From the NCBI GenBank assembly GCA_040954595.2, contig CM082593.2, positions 11,297,477-11,361,476 on the forward strand: a DNA stretch of 64,000 nucleotides. Reading direction: 5' to 3'. The stretch is from Balanoglossus misakiensis (taxonomy: Eukaryota > Animalia > Hemichordata). The notes below the pieces were generated by a model that saw only the letters and a list, made by a program, of their open reading frames with translations, searched no databases and was not told where the DNA came from. The position numbers and the translations under genes were made by a program. Positions 1 to 14,356 of this stretch are shown in pieces. Positions within the stretch are counted from its first letter, which is position 1; each line of letters begins with the position of its first letter.

Positions 1-1357
1 ATGTAGCTCAAAGTTGCATTTTAATGAAGTCAAAAGCAAATTATCTCAATGTTTGAAAGGACCAATTTTACTGTTGCCACTACACTCAAAGTTAGCATCG
101 ATGGGTACATGTATATGACCTCCCCCCTAAACGTTTGAAAAAAAGATGACTCCCTCTTTTGGATTTCAAAATTTAAGTGACCCCCTGGATTTTGCCAGCC
201 TCCCCCCACCGTAAAAACTGAATGGTCCCTAAGCGCTATTTTGTCAGTGAAATGGCTCCATTATTATCCCTCCAACTATAGTTGAAACGGAGTTAAATAT
301 GTACAGCTTGAAATCATAAAATGTTGCAAAATTGAACCAAGAGTTTGGTCAATGATCAAGTTCTTACAGCTATTACTAGAACCATACAGTCTCAGCGAAC
401 AAGAGACATTGGTCCGATTTGCAAGCCGAGTTGGAACTGACTTTGCCTGCACACAGATGTGCCAATTTCAGCGAATCTTATCGTATTTAAAAATGAATAT
501 GGAGAATTGTTATCTGTGTTCCTATTGCTAGCCTACATACATGTAGCTGTTGTCATTCTAGTGTTTTTTTTCTGTATACCAAAATTGCCACACTGTTTGG
601 GATACTTTTATCAAATGTTATGTGATACTATATCAGCCTGTTTTGGGGATCTTGACAATGACATATATTAGACTTTTCATACACAGCATGAGGTAGAATT
701 TCAGAAACGATTAGGTAATAAGACTGCATATCTCATAGGAAATAATCACTTTAGAAGTATTACGATAAAAAAAATCATTTCACTCTTATTGGGAGCATAC
801 ATTTGTAAAACATACATACAGACATGAATACAGACATAGAGAGATCAAGGTGTATACGATTTTCAGTGGGGGAGGGGGTCCTCCTCAATTGCAAACAACT
901 ATGTAATGGTAATTTCCCTTTTATAATAACAATTTTTGAGGTATAAGGAAAAAATATCAAACAAAATAAACAAAAAAACAAATTCAGCTATGATTTGATT
1001 CAATTATCATTCTAAAGAAGCACATATCATTAACTCACAACTAAACTTTTACAGTGATCAACCATGCACTTTCTGAGAATTGTTTTTATGCCCCGAAAAT
1101 ACAATTTTTTTCATTTTCAGAACATTTATGATATATCACAGTAAAAAAATCCCCTGGAAACTGCAAAACAAAAAATTGCAAAGCAATCAAACAAAAATGG
1201 CAAAAATTGTCCACAAAAACTATATTGACACTTCCATCATAGGATTTGTTAAAATGTCGTGATAACACACCTAGGAACCTGCAAACCAAATTTCAAAGAA
1301 CTGTGAGTAGAGGTTTTTGAGTATTTGACCAAAATCACCCCAAAAATATACTTCAAA

Positions 1358-3700
1358 CCAGATATTAACTGAATATGCTCACGTGCAGTACTGTGATTGG
1401 TTGACAGAATAACAAGATTAGAAAAACCAGTGTTAAACCAATTTGGTTTATAGTGTATATGGTGTAAGGGTTGTGTGTTGCACCATTGTGAAATGTAAAC
1501 ATGTTTGTGGAATTGTTGCCTTGTCAATTTTTGTAAGGGGTTATGAGTCATGTACCCCATCCTGAACTGCATAAAAAGATAAGTCTATGGAATTCTAAAA
1601 CTCGTTGATCAAAAATGGCAAGAAATATACCAAAAAGTATGAATATTTCACCAGATTTCAACAAATCTGATTTCTGTTCATGCCTAAGAACCTCTTTAAC
1701 AACTTTCAATAAGGAAGACATTTTGGCAAACAACAGGTAATTCAGACAAATCTGACTGATATCACATATATGAATTCCCATTCAAAGTTTCCAATCAATT
1801 GGACTTGTGGTTTTACTGAAGACTATTTGGCCAAACCCTGCAGAATTCCCAAAAAATACAATTATGCAAATTTCTTTACAATTTGATCATATCTGACTGA
1901 GATCACCCCTAGAAACCGAAATACAAAGTATCAAAACAATTGCACTTACAGTTTCACGGGATTTGATTTTTTGACAAAAACAGGAAATATTGCCCAAAAA
2001 TGCATTTTTGCAAATTTCACCACCGTTTGCACAAATGTGATTCAGGTAAGCCCTATGAACCTCCATACCAAGTTTCCAATCAATTGGACATGTAATTTCA
2101 GAGAAGAATTTTTTTTAACAAAACTGCAGAAAATTCCCCCAAAAATTCATAAAAAATAGCAAACGCCAGATACTGACTCCACCTGAACAAAATAATACGA
2201 GGTCTTCCCATAGTTCTTGCACACCAATGCACGCCAATTTTTAACTGAATCTGATCCGCTGTTATTAAGTTTTTCAATTTTGACTATTTGAACATTTTTC
2301 CAGTTAATACCAGTATGCATTTTTTCGCAATAACAATTTCTATGTACACACTAAATATCAGTAGTTTCAAGTTTTTGATGTTGATGGACATACACATACA
2401 TACATCAATACATTTAGACGAAACTGATCCATTCGCAAAATACATAATTCTGTATGAGGCACACATACAGACATACATAGACGACGGACACCAACTTATG
2501 CTATAAGCTGACATTGATATACATGTTAGCCAAAAACCAAAATCAACCTCAAAATAGACATTAAAATATATTGCACCACCATGAGAAGACAAATTCATTT
2601 TTCGCCAAATTTTCTGGGGCGTCATTTGATATAGCATGGCATATTGTCAAAGTACGTAGTCTCTGTGATAAGATTCCATACACACAAAATGGTAACCTTG
2701 GAAGTCCAGCTGACGTAGTTATGCAATGGCGCCTCGTGTATTCCGTCGCCAAAAAATCATCGTAAAATTGATAGTCGGGGTCACAATTCAAGACGACTTT
2801 CTCTAAATTCTTTATGAATGGATTAAATCGAAATCGAAATGTTGACGTATGACGTACGGAATGAGATCTGAACAGACATTCAATGTTATCATTCTCGCTC
2901 GATCACATATTGGGTAAGCCATCTAGCAATCGCTATATAGTATTGGCGATAACAGACTGTCTATAAACTCACAAAACGGATTTTACTGTTGAGTGTGATC
3001 AACCGCCACGTTATTTTTCTCTGAACAATAGACAAATAGAAAGCCTGGTGACATTTTGAGATTGACTGCGTGAGGACCACAATATGCGTGAATCATTTAC
3101 GGTTTGTCTTGATGAATGGGTCACGTCATAGTCATAACGCGGATTCGGCTGCACGCCAACTATCCGCCATATTGTCTCCACTAACTTACTCGTAAGTAGT
3201 TTCAAACTTCATTTGAAAAGAGTATTCGTCTGACGGTCCTGTAGATTAACAATTTACGCTCGATGAAGCAACTAAACAACGTTAGCTTCCTTGTGGATTC
3301 ACGTAGGGAAGTTATTCGTAACGACGGGTACAGCGTCTGAGCATGGACAGAACCACGGCAATATCGCCAGGAATGTCTCATTTCACAGCGCCCTCAAACA
3401 GTCGATCTCCTCAAACTATCGTTTCCACTGGTCATATATGCGGCATTAACGAAAGCTGACATAGACAACCATGTAATAGAAAAATTAAAACTTAAATAAC
3501 TTCATTAATATCAAAGCCACACGCACCAAAACCTTTTCAGTTCTTGCCATATGATATCTGAACCTGTGTACTAAATTTGGTTGAAATCGGTTCAGCGGTT
3601 CTTGAGATATCGGGTATACAGACAGACACACACACACATACATACATACACACACACAGACATCGCTAAACCATAAGCTCACGTGATTTTCACGTGAGCT
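1358..3700 (-). mobile_element. Helentron-associated non-autonomous element (HINE/DINE-1-like), composite
   Basis: Minus strand starts TTTTT-AGCTCACGTG-aaaat-CACGTGAGCT (subTIR plus IR), then a GT-rich microsatellite, and ends CACGTGAGC plus a small hairpin and TTT. Absent from the mirror arm, where the empty T-run is at about 22606-22610. A second HINE-like 5' end lies near 2535. Confidence 0.7.
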
Positions 3701-4458
3701 AAAAATGAAAAAAAATCCATGAGGTCTCAAAATGAATACACACCAATTTCTAAAGCAATTTGACCAGTTTCCACCAATTTCACATTGGTCCCAGTGGTAG
3801 ATAGACATATACGAAATGGGAACCAAAGAATAAAACACATTTCAAAGATTTAACACATCTTTTTCCTCAAGAGTGTTTTTCAAATCTTCTCCACATCCTT
3901 CAAAATCGCCACCATAAAGCCATATTACTTGAAGTGCTTATGTTTGTCATATCTAGGTGATGCATACCACTATAGATGTGTACCCTTTGTATAGAGGCAG
4001 ATTAAACAGGTGTGGTACCTGTTAAATATCTGACTTCTTTAAATTACAGCCACAATCGTCAGTCAACAAGATGTTCATGTAGATGTATACCTAGCAGTAA
4101 GCTTATTTAGATTGACAAATCTTAGATGAAAATAATGAAAAAGTGGCACAACCCTTAGGGCTTTAACTAGCAGCTTTATGCCAGATGAGTTCGAGTCTAA
4201 CGATGTAATGTTGACATTAAGGTTTCATTGAAATAACTTGGGAACCTCTCTACTATTTGAAGAACCAAAGCTGTGAAAAACTTCCTTCTTTCCCTGAGTT
4301 TTTTATGAATATGTTCTAATCTGGGACAACAATTTGTTGCCAAGTGTCTTGACCCCTTTACCAAATGTCAGGGACCGGATTTTTTTCAGCAAAATTTCAA
4401 ATAACCTTGGCTGATTTTTTACCTACTTTCACATATTGGGTAGCATGAAACAAAGTAT

Positions 4459-5656
4459 GGCTTCCAGAAGGGTTATAGATACAGTGTTTTGTAATAACAA
4501 GAATTAACATGAAACTATAATTTCATGGTTAATTTAGGACCGCCTTAATCTATGGTAATGTCATTAAATATTTGCATATCTAATTGTAGGCTATCCAGTG
4601 GAGGGAGAAACCTAAACATGGACAACATTGGGGTCAAAATTGTTTGACAGAACTTTGGGTGACTTTGGGTAAACCTTGACCAACATTACTATATCTTGGC
4701 ATCCAGAGCAGATGCAACCTTGACACTTGGAGTGATGGAAATGCATAATGGAGTATTATGTCTCAGCTAGTCACAGTGCTTTTGCTGTGTTTTATGTCTT
4801 TTATTCAGCCAAATTAGATGTTTTTTATTACACATTGGCTGTGTTTGCCAGTACTTTTTAGCTGGTCACACTGCCTTAAGACAATGTATTCTCAAAATAC
4901 CATGCAATCATTATGAAGCATATACAGCAGACAAAGTTATGGTATGACTGAACTTGCCCTTCTTTGTGACTAAAGCATGACCGGCCTGTCTTAGGTGGCC
5001 CCTACCTAGGGGCTTTACCCGTCATTGGCTCACAGTCTGAGAAATCAGCTCTGCAGGGAAGTTAACGATGTAACCCACCATTAAAGCTTGGATTTCCGCT
5101 TTTTGTATCTGATGCCTGGCTGAGGCCTTCTTAGGATCTACCCAACGCTGAGTAGGCTATCCCGTCATTGGCACACAGTCTCAGGGAGGGAGTCCAAAGT
5201 TCAGTATACCAGCAAAGCCTTTATATTGTCCATTCTTTTTAAGAGAAGGCTGGCTGCTGTAGAAAAATGTTGATCTCAAATGTATCATGTCCAAAAAAAG
5301 GCAGACTTCCAGCCCTATTGGTTAGGCTGGCATTAGGTATGTACATAATTAATGAGGCAAGACATAATATTCCATTACATAGTTCCATAACTCCAAGTGT
5401 CAAGGATGTATCTGTGCCGGATGCCAAGATATAGGAATGTAGGTCAAAGTTTACCCAAGATCACCCAAAAGTTTGTCAAAAGATTTTGACCCCAGAGTTG
5501 TCCATGTCCAGGTTACCACATCCACTAGAATAAGATATGCACATATTTAATGAGGTTACCATAGCTCAAGGGGGTCTTTAATTAACCATCAACATTTAGT
5601 TTCATATTAATGCATGTTAATATAATACACTGTATCTATAACCCTACTGGTAAGCC
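4459..5656. mobile_element. 1.2-kb foldback/MITE-like element with about 300-bp terminal inverted repeats (copy 1)
   Basis: 4459-4770 is the reverse complement of 5355-5656, around a roughly 590-bp core. Confidence 0.7.
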
Positions 5657-8600
5657 TAGAATTAGGTACATGCGAAAGTTTTTGACAAGATAGATAAGTT
5701 GTAAAATATGTACATGAACCTGACAATTGACTTAAAATAACATAAGGCAGACTTGATACTTATCGGAGATAGATACTAATAACAACAGTGATGTTAATTA
5801 CACCGGGAATGTTTGTCTTATTATAGCTACATGTAAAAGACTGCTTGAGGTAATGTAATTAAAGTGACCACTTGCGATTCACCTTCAAAGTGCTATGCAA
5901 GTACATTGTTTTTCCAATGATTGGACAAAGGATATTCATAATGTGTAATTAAGGCTGGATAGCATTTTCAATGTAATAAGCCCTGCCTTCACTATAATCT
6001 TACGCCAAATCAACATTGTTCAATTTATGTTAATAATTTCACTAAGGGATACTTGTTACATCAAATTTCCCAGCAAGGGGTGTCAGATTATTGGGCAAGT
6101 GGCATGCATGACACTAGACGATACTTTTGGAAGCAAAGCGGACAGAACACGGCTGGATATAGACTAGGTAATTCTGAATGTGACCATGAACTGTACCACA
6201 GACTCTGTATTGTATGTTTCTGAAGAATCCCATTTAACCCAGACATCAACATACTTCAACCTTGTAAGAAGTAGAACATACATGATTTACTAGTAAATAT
6301 TTGCTAGGTTATTACACACTTTGGATTACACAAAAATAGGTGTGTACACCGCTGTGACATTGCCAAGCAGATATGACCTACCAGGTAACCTAATACAATT
6401 TCACAGGAATCGGAGTATTTTCAGTGAAAACAACATTTCTTCAACAATGACAAAAACTGCCTCAACCACAAAAATTCAGATATCAACAAATCCAACAATA
6501 TCTCACTTCAATCACCACAAGGAACATGCCTACCAAAATTGAAAGCAATTTGACATGCGGTTTCAAAGAATACAAATTGCAAAAATTGCCTCAAGACCAC
6601 AAATATGCAAATTTCACCAAAATGATATACAACATTACTTGGGTTACCTCATGGAACAAGCAAACCAAAATTTAAATGCAACCTGACCTGACATGGAGTT
6701 TCAGAGAAAATGATTTTTGACCAAAAATGACAAAATTATATTTCCCAAAAATTACAAATTTTGCCACAATTTAAACAATACTAACAAAGATTACCTATAG
6801 GAAATAGCATACTAAATTCTAGACACAATTCACGATATTAGCTGAAAGTATATCAGGCGTGACATAAGCTACATGCATACAAATGTTCAAAGCAATCTGA
6901 CCAGTTGTTGAGTTTCTGAGTTTTGATCAATTTCACATTGCTCCAGGTAATTAGCATATTTCATTTGAACAGGCGTGCCTGCATCTAAAAACCCAATATC
7001 AAGACTTACCACACAGACTCTGTATTGTATGTTTCTGGAGTAATCAAATAAAACCAATCATGAAAATACTTCAACCTTCTTAATATGAACAAAATCCTAT
7101 TTACAGGCTGGCCTACATCTACACACCAAATATCAAGGGGATACGCGAAGGGGTTTTCAAGTTTTTGATGTGGACAGACATACATACATCCATACATACT
7201 ACATACACACATACAGAGGCAACTGACTGGTCAGAAGGCATGAGCAAAAATGCAGGAAATCAATGTTGTGACACTGGTAGTAGGCCTTAATGTATACAAT
7301 ATCAAGACAGTTTATTTAACATGAAGTTTGATATGTTCATAATCATTCAGAGCTAAGCATATTTTGAAATTGTAAAATTAATATCAATCACATGAAAACT
7401 GACAGCATGCTTTCATTTGGGAATTTAGGTATTGTAATTAACACTAACAGTCATGAAACTATTGAATCGTCAATAAAATCATACAGTAGAAATTAATGGG
7501 TTTTCTATTTATATGCGATGTGAAAATGCAACTTGTGGTCCTTCGGCCAGTAAGAGGCATCAGATAATATTGTAAGACCCAGTTGCCCAATTGATTAGAC
7601 CTACATGTATGCGCTGTGTGAAGCGCAAGTTATGGCAACTGAATTCACAGGACACTGAAGAAAGTGGAATCACTCAAGGTACATATGTATACATGTAGGC
7701 TAACAATCACAACACAGAGAATAGTTCTCCATATTCATTTTTAATACGATAAGATTCACTGAATTGGCGCATCCATGGGCAGGCAAGGTTAGTTCCAACT
7801 CAGTTTGCAAATCAGGCCCATGTATCTTGTTCCCTGAGACTGCTTCTAATAATAGCTGTAAGAACATATTAATCGTTGACCGAATGGTTGGTTCAATTTT
7901 GCGACATTTTATGATTTCAAGCTGTGCAATATTTGCAACTCAGTTTCAACTTTGGTTGGAGGGATGATGATGAAGCAATTTCACTGACAAAATAGCACTA
8001 CTAACTGACGTCAATATTTGTTCAAAGTTAAATGCATTGCCATCAGAAAAATGTATACGAAAAGTTTCGTATGTGAATAATAACACTTTTTCGCATAACT
8101 GCAAACCCTGTCACAGTTGTGAAATTCTAAGAAAATTCATTCATTAGGTAGAATTCGTGCTTTATGAATTCTTAAACAAACTTAGTCATGAAACCTAAAT
8201 GGTTACCTTACACATGTGGAGGCTCGACTTCTGTGATATGATACTCTTTAATTAATGTGTATGTGATTCCATACAAATCCATATGATTACCTGAACATAC
8301 AAAATAAATTAAAAATAAATACATAAATTAAAAATAAATAAGTATCTCATACATATGCATAAGTGCTTGTGAGAAATATATCATATATCTAAATAAACCT
8401 GTCATTTATTGACCTCATTTTCCCAGTAAACCAAAGGACTAAATTGCACTTTAATATTACAGCTTCATTTCAATGCAACAGGTACACTACATCATAAGGG
8501 AACAAATATGCCAGCTCAACATTTATATAAACAGTGTCAAAATATAAGTGGCTACAAAAGCTTGTGTCCCTTCAATCCATTCTCCCACTCAGGTCAAACG

Positions 8601-9662
8601 TGTTACATATTAAAATTGCAATGTGCATAATATACAATTAGTCTTTTGTAAATTCAGACTGAGAAAATATGACTGATAAACATTATCTGGCACATGTTGG
8701 TGAATGGCTGGCGTTGATGTTGTGGGTTGAAATCCGAACTATGATTATCGCGGGTACAAATCACATTTATTTTCTCAGAGACAACACGTTTGCAACTTCG
8801 GGACAGAAAGGTGAAAACGAACGTCATTAGTTCTTGGGAAAAAACTCTGAAATCAATTTCATTGAGGTCAAATGTGTTCCAAAGGCAAACCGTTTCTGGT
8901 AAACAAATCAATGGCAAATAGTTACTTCGGCGACTTACCAATCAATCAACATGGCTGCCAAATCGTTGGATATCCCGGTTTCATCTCGCGATCATTCTAT
9001 CTTCCGATATAGCGTTGCTTGGTTAAATTCGTCTCTTCTTTGCCGACATAGTCGGGCGACAGCGGTCCAGAAGCATATACAGCGACGCCATCTTGTTTAC
9101 AATGTGAAGTATCAACTGCGCATGCTCAATGGTTGTTGATTGGAAAGTGGGCAGAGCCTGCAAGATCCAGGGTTCGCTTGACCGGCCAAACGCGGTTATT
9201 CTCCCTGGACCAAATCATTTAAGCGTCAGGCGTAATACATCACATAATTGACTGGAAAACTAAACAGTCTTCCACCTATATATCAACACAGTTTATTAAA
9301 CCAGCACCCGCGCAAATATTCACAAGTATATGATTAAAATTGATGAAATCATTAATCGCACGGTTACAGCTGTCATAGTTTCTAATAATAATATTCACTG
9401 GTAGCGCTGACATACCATGTTGAAACTTGTCGCGGAAAACAAGATAATTGATCTTACGGTGTCATTTGTTTTTAAAAAGTGCTTAATAACTATTGATCCC
9501 ATTGATATATTTTTTCTATATTTATATATTTTTCGCTAATTTTGACTGCTTGGGCTACTAATAGCATGGTGATCACAATGGATTTACCACCTCCCAGCTG
9601 CGTTATAAAAGAATGCCTATTCTGTGGACACTAGCCTCATCGAAGACCGAACGTGTTCATCG

Positions 9663-9761
9663 ATGTTTCCATTCATGACGAACTCCAATGCAGGCGTCGC
9701 AGTCATTCTGGCTTTCACGCTGTGGGCACCTCTGGTGACAGCAATTCCCAACAAGTTGCGG
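9663..9761 (+). CDS. candidate first exon encoding a signal peptide
   Basis: MFPFMTNSNAGVAVILAFTLWAPLVTAIPNKLR followed by gtaagt; TATAAAA at 9604-9610. Confidence 0.35.
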
Positions 9762-10550
9762 GTAAGTAATCACACAACCTATATGAGTGAAAGTTTCTTG
9801 TCATTTTCGCAACGTCAAGGTTGATATTCTCTTCTTGGATCGAAAATGTGTGACACAACAAATGAATCTGCGTGGCAGGGTCGGCTGTGTCTTTTGCTTC
9901 GAGGCATAGTCGTCAGACACACATCCCTAACACGCGAAGCCAGCTTATCCTTTGATCAAATGGCAGCGCTATTCTAAATATTTTACAGCATGCCCTAAAG
10001 GACAAACACGTGCCGCTGGAAGAGGCCAACACTCAGCAGAGACGGCAAGATGTTAACGGAGGTGAGCCCCAACAATAAATTAATATTGTTCCTTTTATTT
10101 AGAAAACGCCGCATAATTAGCCAACCAATCATGGTTATGAGAAACCTCCAAAATACAATGTATCGATATTTACTGCATCTGTTCATACTTCGCCCGCGCT
10201 TTAAAAACCCTATAGCTGCTAAAATTGGCATATTTTTTTCCAGAGTAAAATACTTCATATGTATATTCCCTATTCCCTAAAATCTTCACTCGTGACCATT
10301 GAGCCATATTACTTGTATTTGCATTGGTTTGTCATAACTTGGCGTCGCATTTCACGATAGCTGCTTAGCTGCTATTGTTTGTATGAAGGCTGATTAAATC
10401 GGTGAGGCACCGTTTTAATACATAGCATGTTCCAATTGCAACATGCAGTCACAATCGGGCATCGATAAGATGTTTATGTATACCTATCAGTAAGCTTATT
10501 TTGATGAACCAATTTAAGTTGGAAAATAAAATCATGAAAATAATGCTAAA

Positions 10551-10754
10551 AGTGGCAGCTTTGGAGGCTTTAAACTACAGTTCTCCCAAATTGTCTTGAC
10601 TAAATGACATACATGTGGTCAAAAGTTCTGACTGCAGAAGAGGTTGCAGCTGTGGCGGGGGACTGTTCAATTGGAGGAAATATATTTACATGGAATAAAG
10701 ACAATATTGAAATGGCAGCAGAAATAGTTCCTACTGAAAAGAATGCTATCTGCA
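10551..10754 (+). pseudogene. degenerate pentraxin-domain exon
   Basis: YMWSKVLTAEEVAAVAGDCSIGGNIFTWNKDNIE...AIC followed by a gtgagt donor matches the pentraxin C-terminal pattern; the upstream GSFGGF is out of frame and followed by a stop. Confidence 0.6.
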
Positions 10755-11647
10755 GTGAGTATCACAACTTTAAAATGAAAGATTTTGCAAATTTAAAAAA
10801 AATATTGAGTGTTTTGACATGCGTCAGTGGTCAGTAACACACAAGCTGCATGATAAGAGGGTCACGAGAAATTGTAAGCCGCAATGTATAATGGATTAAC
10901 TCCATGACCTATGCGACCTACGAACTGTGACGTACAGAATTTATTTCTACGTGTAATGCGGTCTGCGGCAGTGAGCCACAGACCGCATTGCGAGAGCAGT
11001 GAGAATTCACCACAATGCAAACTTTCTGAACGTAGGTTGATCTTCGAATGAAATATTACCTTGTCACCAGTTTTCCACATGGCTACACTGTAAAATTGGG
11101 TGACGTGTTCGTTCACAAGTGGAATAATTGTGAGTAGTAAAGCACGCGAAGTTAAGCAACGAGCACGTTTTGAAATGCGCGCAGATGATCCCAGTTTAGC
11201 AAATTCAGGCCATTGCGTGCATGCAAAATAAAATAATACTGTACCAGGGGTGAGCCTACTTTCTTTCCATACAGATACACGTATATGTTGGTTAAGGTAT
11301 GTGACAAACAGTTTTCATGTAACAGCCAGTGATGCTGACCATAAAACCAGCGCAGCTGATGCTTTCATCTACAATTTGCAACATGGACGTTTGTGTCTCT
11401 GCATGTGTCGTGCATGTTACTGCTGAACAAAAAAGATATGCGGGCACCACAGGCTGGCGAAAGCGGTGCTCACGTGCTCTGCAAGCTGATGTTGTCACTA
11501 AATTGGCAAAGTATTGTACACATGGAGGAGTTTCTTGAGCTGTCTGTTGTATAAATGTCGGTTGTGAGTACATTATTTTTTATTTTATTTTAATAATTTT
11601 CAAAGCCCCTATGATTGAAGCATATTATTACGACTCATCCGTTCATC

Positions 11648-11705
11648 ATTCATTCATTCATTCATTCATTCATTCATTCATTCATTCATTCATCCATTCA
11701 GTCAG
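11648..11705 (+). repeat. (TTCA)n microsatellite
   Basis: direct reading. Confidence 0.95.
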
Positions 11706-14208
11706 TCACTGTACCAATTGAAGACGCCCTTGTATAGGAGAATTTAGCTATGTACTGACTGTCTTTTCATTTTTTCTTCATCCTATAGAATCTACCGACC
11801 TGGTCGCTGTCAATAACAATTCAACTCCTTAAACATCCTGTGTGTGTGAAGTCTATGAACACTGGCCATGCATTTCAATTCAAGGACAAAATGAATGCGC
11901 AATATTTCGTTTTATCGAGAGTAATGTGCAGTGATTAAATTTGCTAGGGCTCTCTTAGCAGATTTGGAGTTAGTCATTTTGGTAGAAACTTTTCGAGATG
12001 GGAAATCTTTGGTCATCTAACCAAGTTATTTGTATTTTTGTTATATAAGACAGAGTCATTTCTATATCATAGATGCAAGTTTAATTTATAACATGAATTT
12101 GAATAAAATATTTTTTTTAAATATCACCACATGAATTTGAATAAAATATTTTTTTTAAATATCACCAGATTGAAATCTTTGGAAGTTTGCACTTAGAGGG
12201 ATGGCATGGCAGTTTTCCACTGTTCATATTACAAAGAATTTGGCGTCACGTGTAGATTTCATGAGTGTTCGAGTTTTGCTCTTCCCAGCCTCGTACCCAC
12301 AATCCTCTGATACTTACACTTACGTCAGTTCTATAGCCGCTGACCCACTAGATTCTCCTTATGAATTGCCCAAATTATTTTTGGTATAGTTTTGATAGTT
12401 AGTGCACGGAAACTTTTGATCGATTCACGAAATTCAAAATATGTTACATCACAAACCTCATAAAAAGGAGGCTAGAGTAGCCTGTTTGTTTTCAGGTAAT
12501 TTTACAATTACCTCAATTACCTTTTTTGGAGGGAGGGGGTTAAGAAAACATACAGATTGAAATAACAAGGAAGTGGTATATCAAACCGAAACCTTATCTC
12601 AATCGTGATTCTAGAGTGTTTCCATGTCATGTGACATCCACAAAAATGTGGTATTATCTTGAAAAGAGTCCCGATTTCCCAAACTGGTTTTGCGAATGTA
12701 CTTCACTTTGGAGCAATGCATGAGTACATTCGTAGAAAGATATTGCTCCACTATTTACTGACACTCCTCTTGTACTGCAAATATTACTGCATTCTGTCAG
12801 GGCAAGACAAAAGACACAGCAGAACTGCCAGAATTAAAACAGACAACTGGCAATTTCAATAAAACATGTAATAACAAATATATGTAACATTGAATGAGGT
12901 GTCCATACAGCTTGGTCATTTAAAGACCTCCAGTCATTGTGACAATGCATAAATATTTATGTACACCATATTAAAAATTAGTTCAGGCATACCTTATACA
13001 TGTATGTTTTTGACTGACCATATCCTCAGCACGCCCTTTTTTTCAAAAAGACTATCATTATTCTCTGCCAGGCAGAGAGTTGCCGCTTTCTTGTTAACAA
13101 TAATATACTATTATAACATTGCATAGATTCCTGTTTGTTTCTGTCCATATCTCACAAACTGTGGTGTGCATACTGTTGAAATGACCTCAAGAAGAAAATG
13201 CCAAATGGAAAAATATTTGACATACTAACCTGTATGATAATGTTATACGGTACAATATATTTAACGGTTCCAATCCAATGTTGAGAACTAACAAAACAAT
13301 TTGAGCAGAATTCATTTAAAATTAATTGCAGTTCCGTTTCACCGCATTTCATAGGATGCTGGCTAAAATTCATACTATGGTGGATTACCTGTTATGCATT
13401 TCTTTCCCTATTTCGTCTGGCAGATTTGAGTTTGACAAGCTGTCATTTTCCTTTCAGCTCCGCAAAATTGATGGATTTACTTTGACAGCACACAGACTGT
13501 CCATTTGTCATCGGAGATACAAGCAGCATCAGTTGCTGAACAGCTTGCAGCAGTGTTGGAAAAGAGTACACAACACTAACTTGCAAGAGTGCTTTGGCCC
13601 TTTCTTCACACTGTCCGAAACTTGTTGTGTTACATCATTGCTTAATGAATAAGAAATACACAGGTATTTAGCGTTCTATTCAATACCTACAATAGATAAA
13701 AGGGTGTCGGTCTGTATGCGACAATCTTCAATGTTCTTATGAGCACAAGTCTTTATTCAGGGAACGTTTTACAGTAAGAATTATATGATATAAACTGAAT
13801 AAGTTTGTTGTCTGTCAACTCTTCTGTCTTTGTCTTACCGATACGGTTCTAACCGCAAACACTGAGGCTTCTCTGCTCGTACACAGTATAAATCAATGGA
13901 TGATAAAATGCGCCCTCTTTTGGTGAACTCTTCGTACCGCCCGACCTTCTACCTTACATTAAGGCATGTAGGGCGGTCAGGTAGATGGCAGTGTATTGCA
14001 AGCGTCTCTTGCATATTTTTTTCCGCCAGGAATGGCATACATTCGTTTTTGGCGACACCACAACTGCTGGAACTTCTCGAAAAATTGAGAGCCGGATTTC
14101 ATAAATGCTCATGTTTTCCGAAGGGCTGAAAGAAGATCCAGAGTGGAATATTTAAATTTGCCTGTGGCAGACATCATAGTGGCTGCCAGTTATTCTATTT
14201 CTTGTGCA

Positions 14209-14356
14209 AGAGATAGTATCTTGTTCCAGCGAGATGTTTTCTCGTGTGCACGAGAAACATGCTATCTCGTGCATATCTCGTGCGCACGAGAATTGCGAGC
14301 GCACTCGTGTTCACGAGAAAATATCACATGCACACGTAAGTCGTGCGCACGAGATA
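14209..14356. repeat. cluster of short palindromes CTCGTGnnCACGAG
   Basis: ctcgtgtgcacgag, ctcgtgcgcacgag, ctcgtgttcacgag, tcgtgcgcacgag within 150 bp. Confidence 0.7.

Larger units (their letters stand above)
232..9130 (+). repeat. left arm of giant inverted repeat 1
   Basis: Colinear reverse-complement matches: 8813-9130 with 15426-15747, 7291-8594 with 15744-17066, 6180-7290 with 17526-18624, 3701-6178 with 20118-22610, 1137-1357 with 22606-22831, 232-575 with 23375-23710. Confidence 0.9.

Noticed and set aside
12090-12167. Short perfect tandem duplication
   Set aside because: Ordinary local slippage with no further structure
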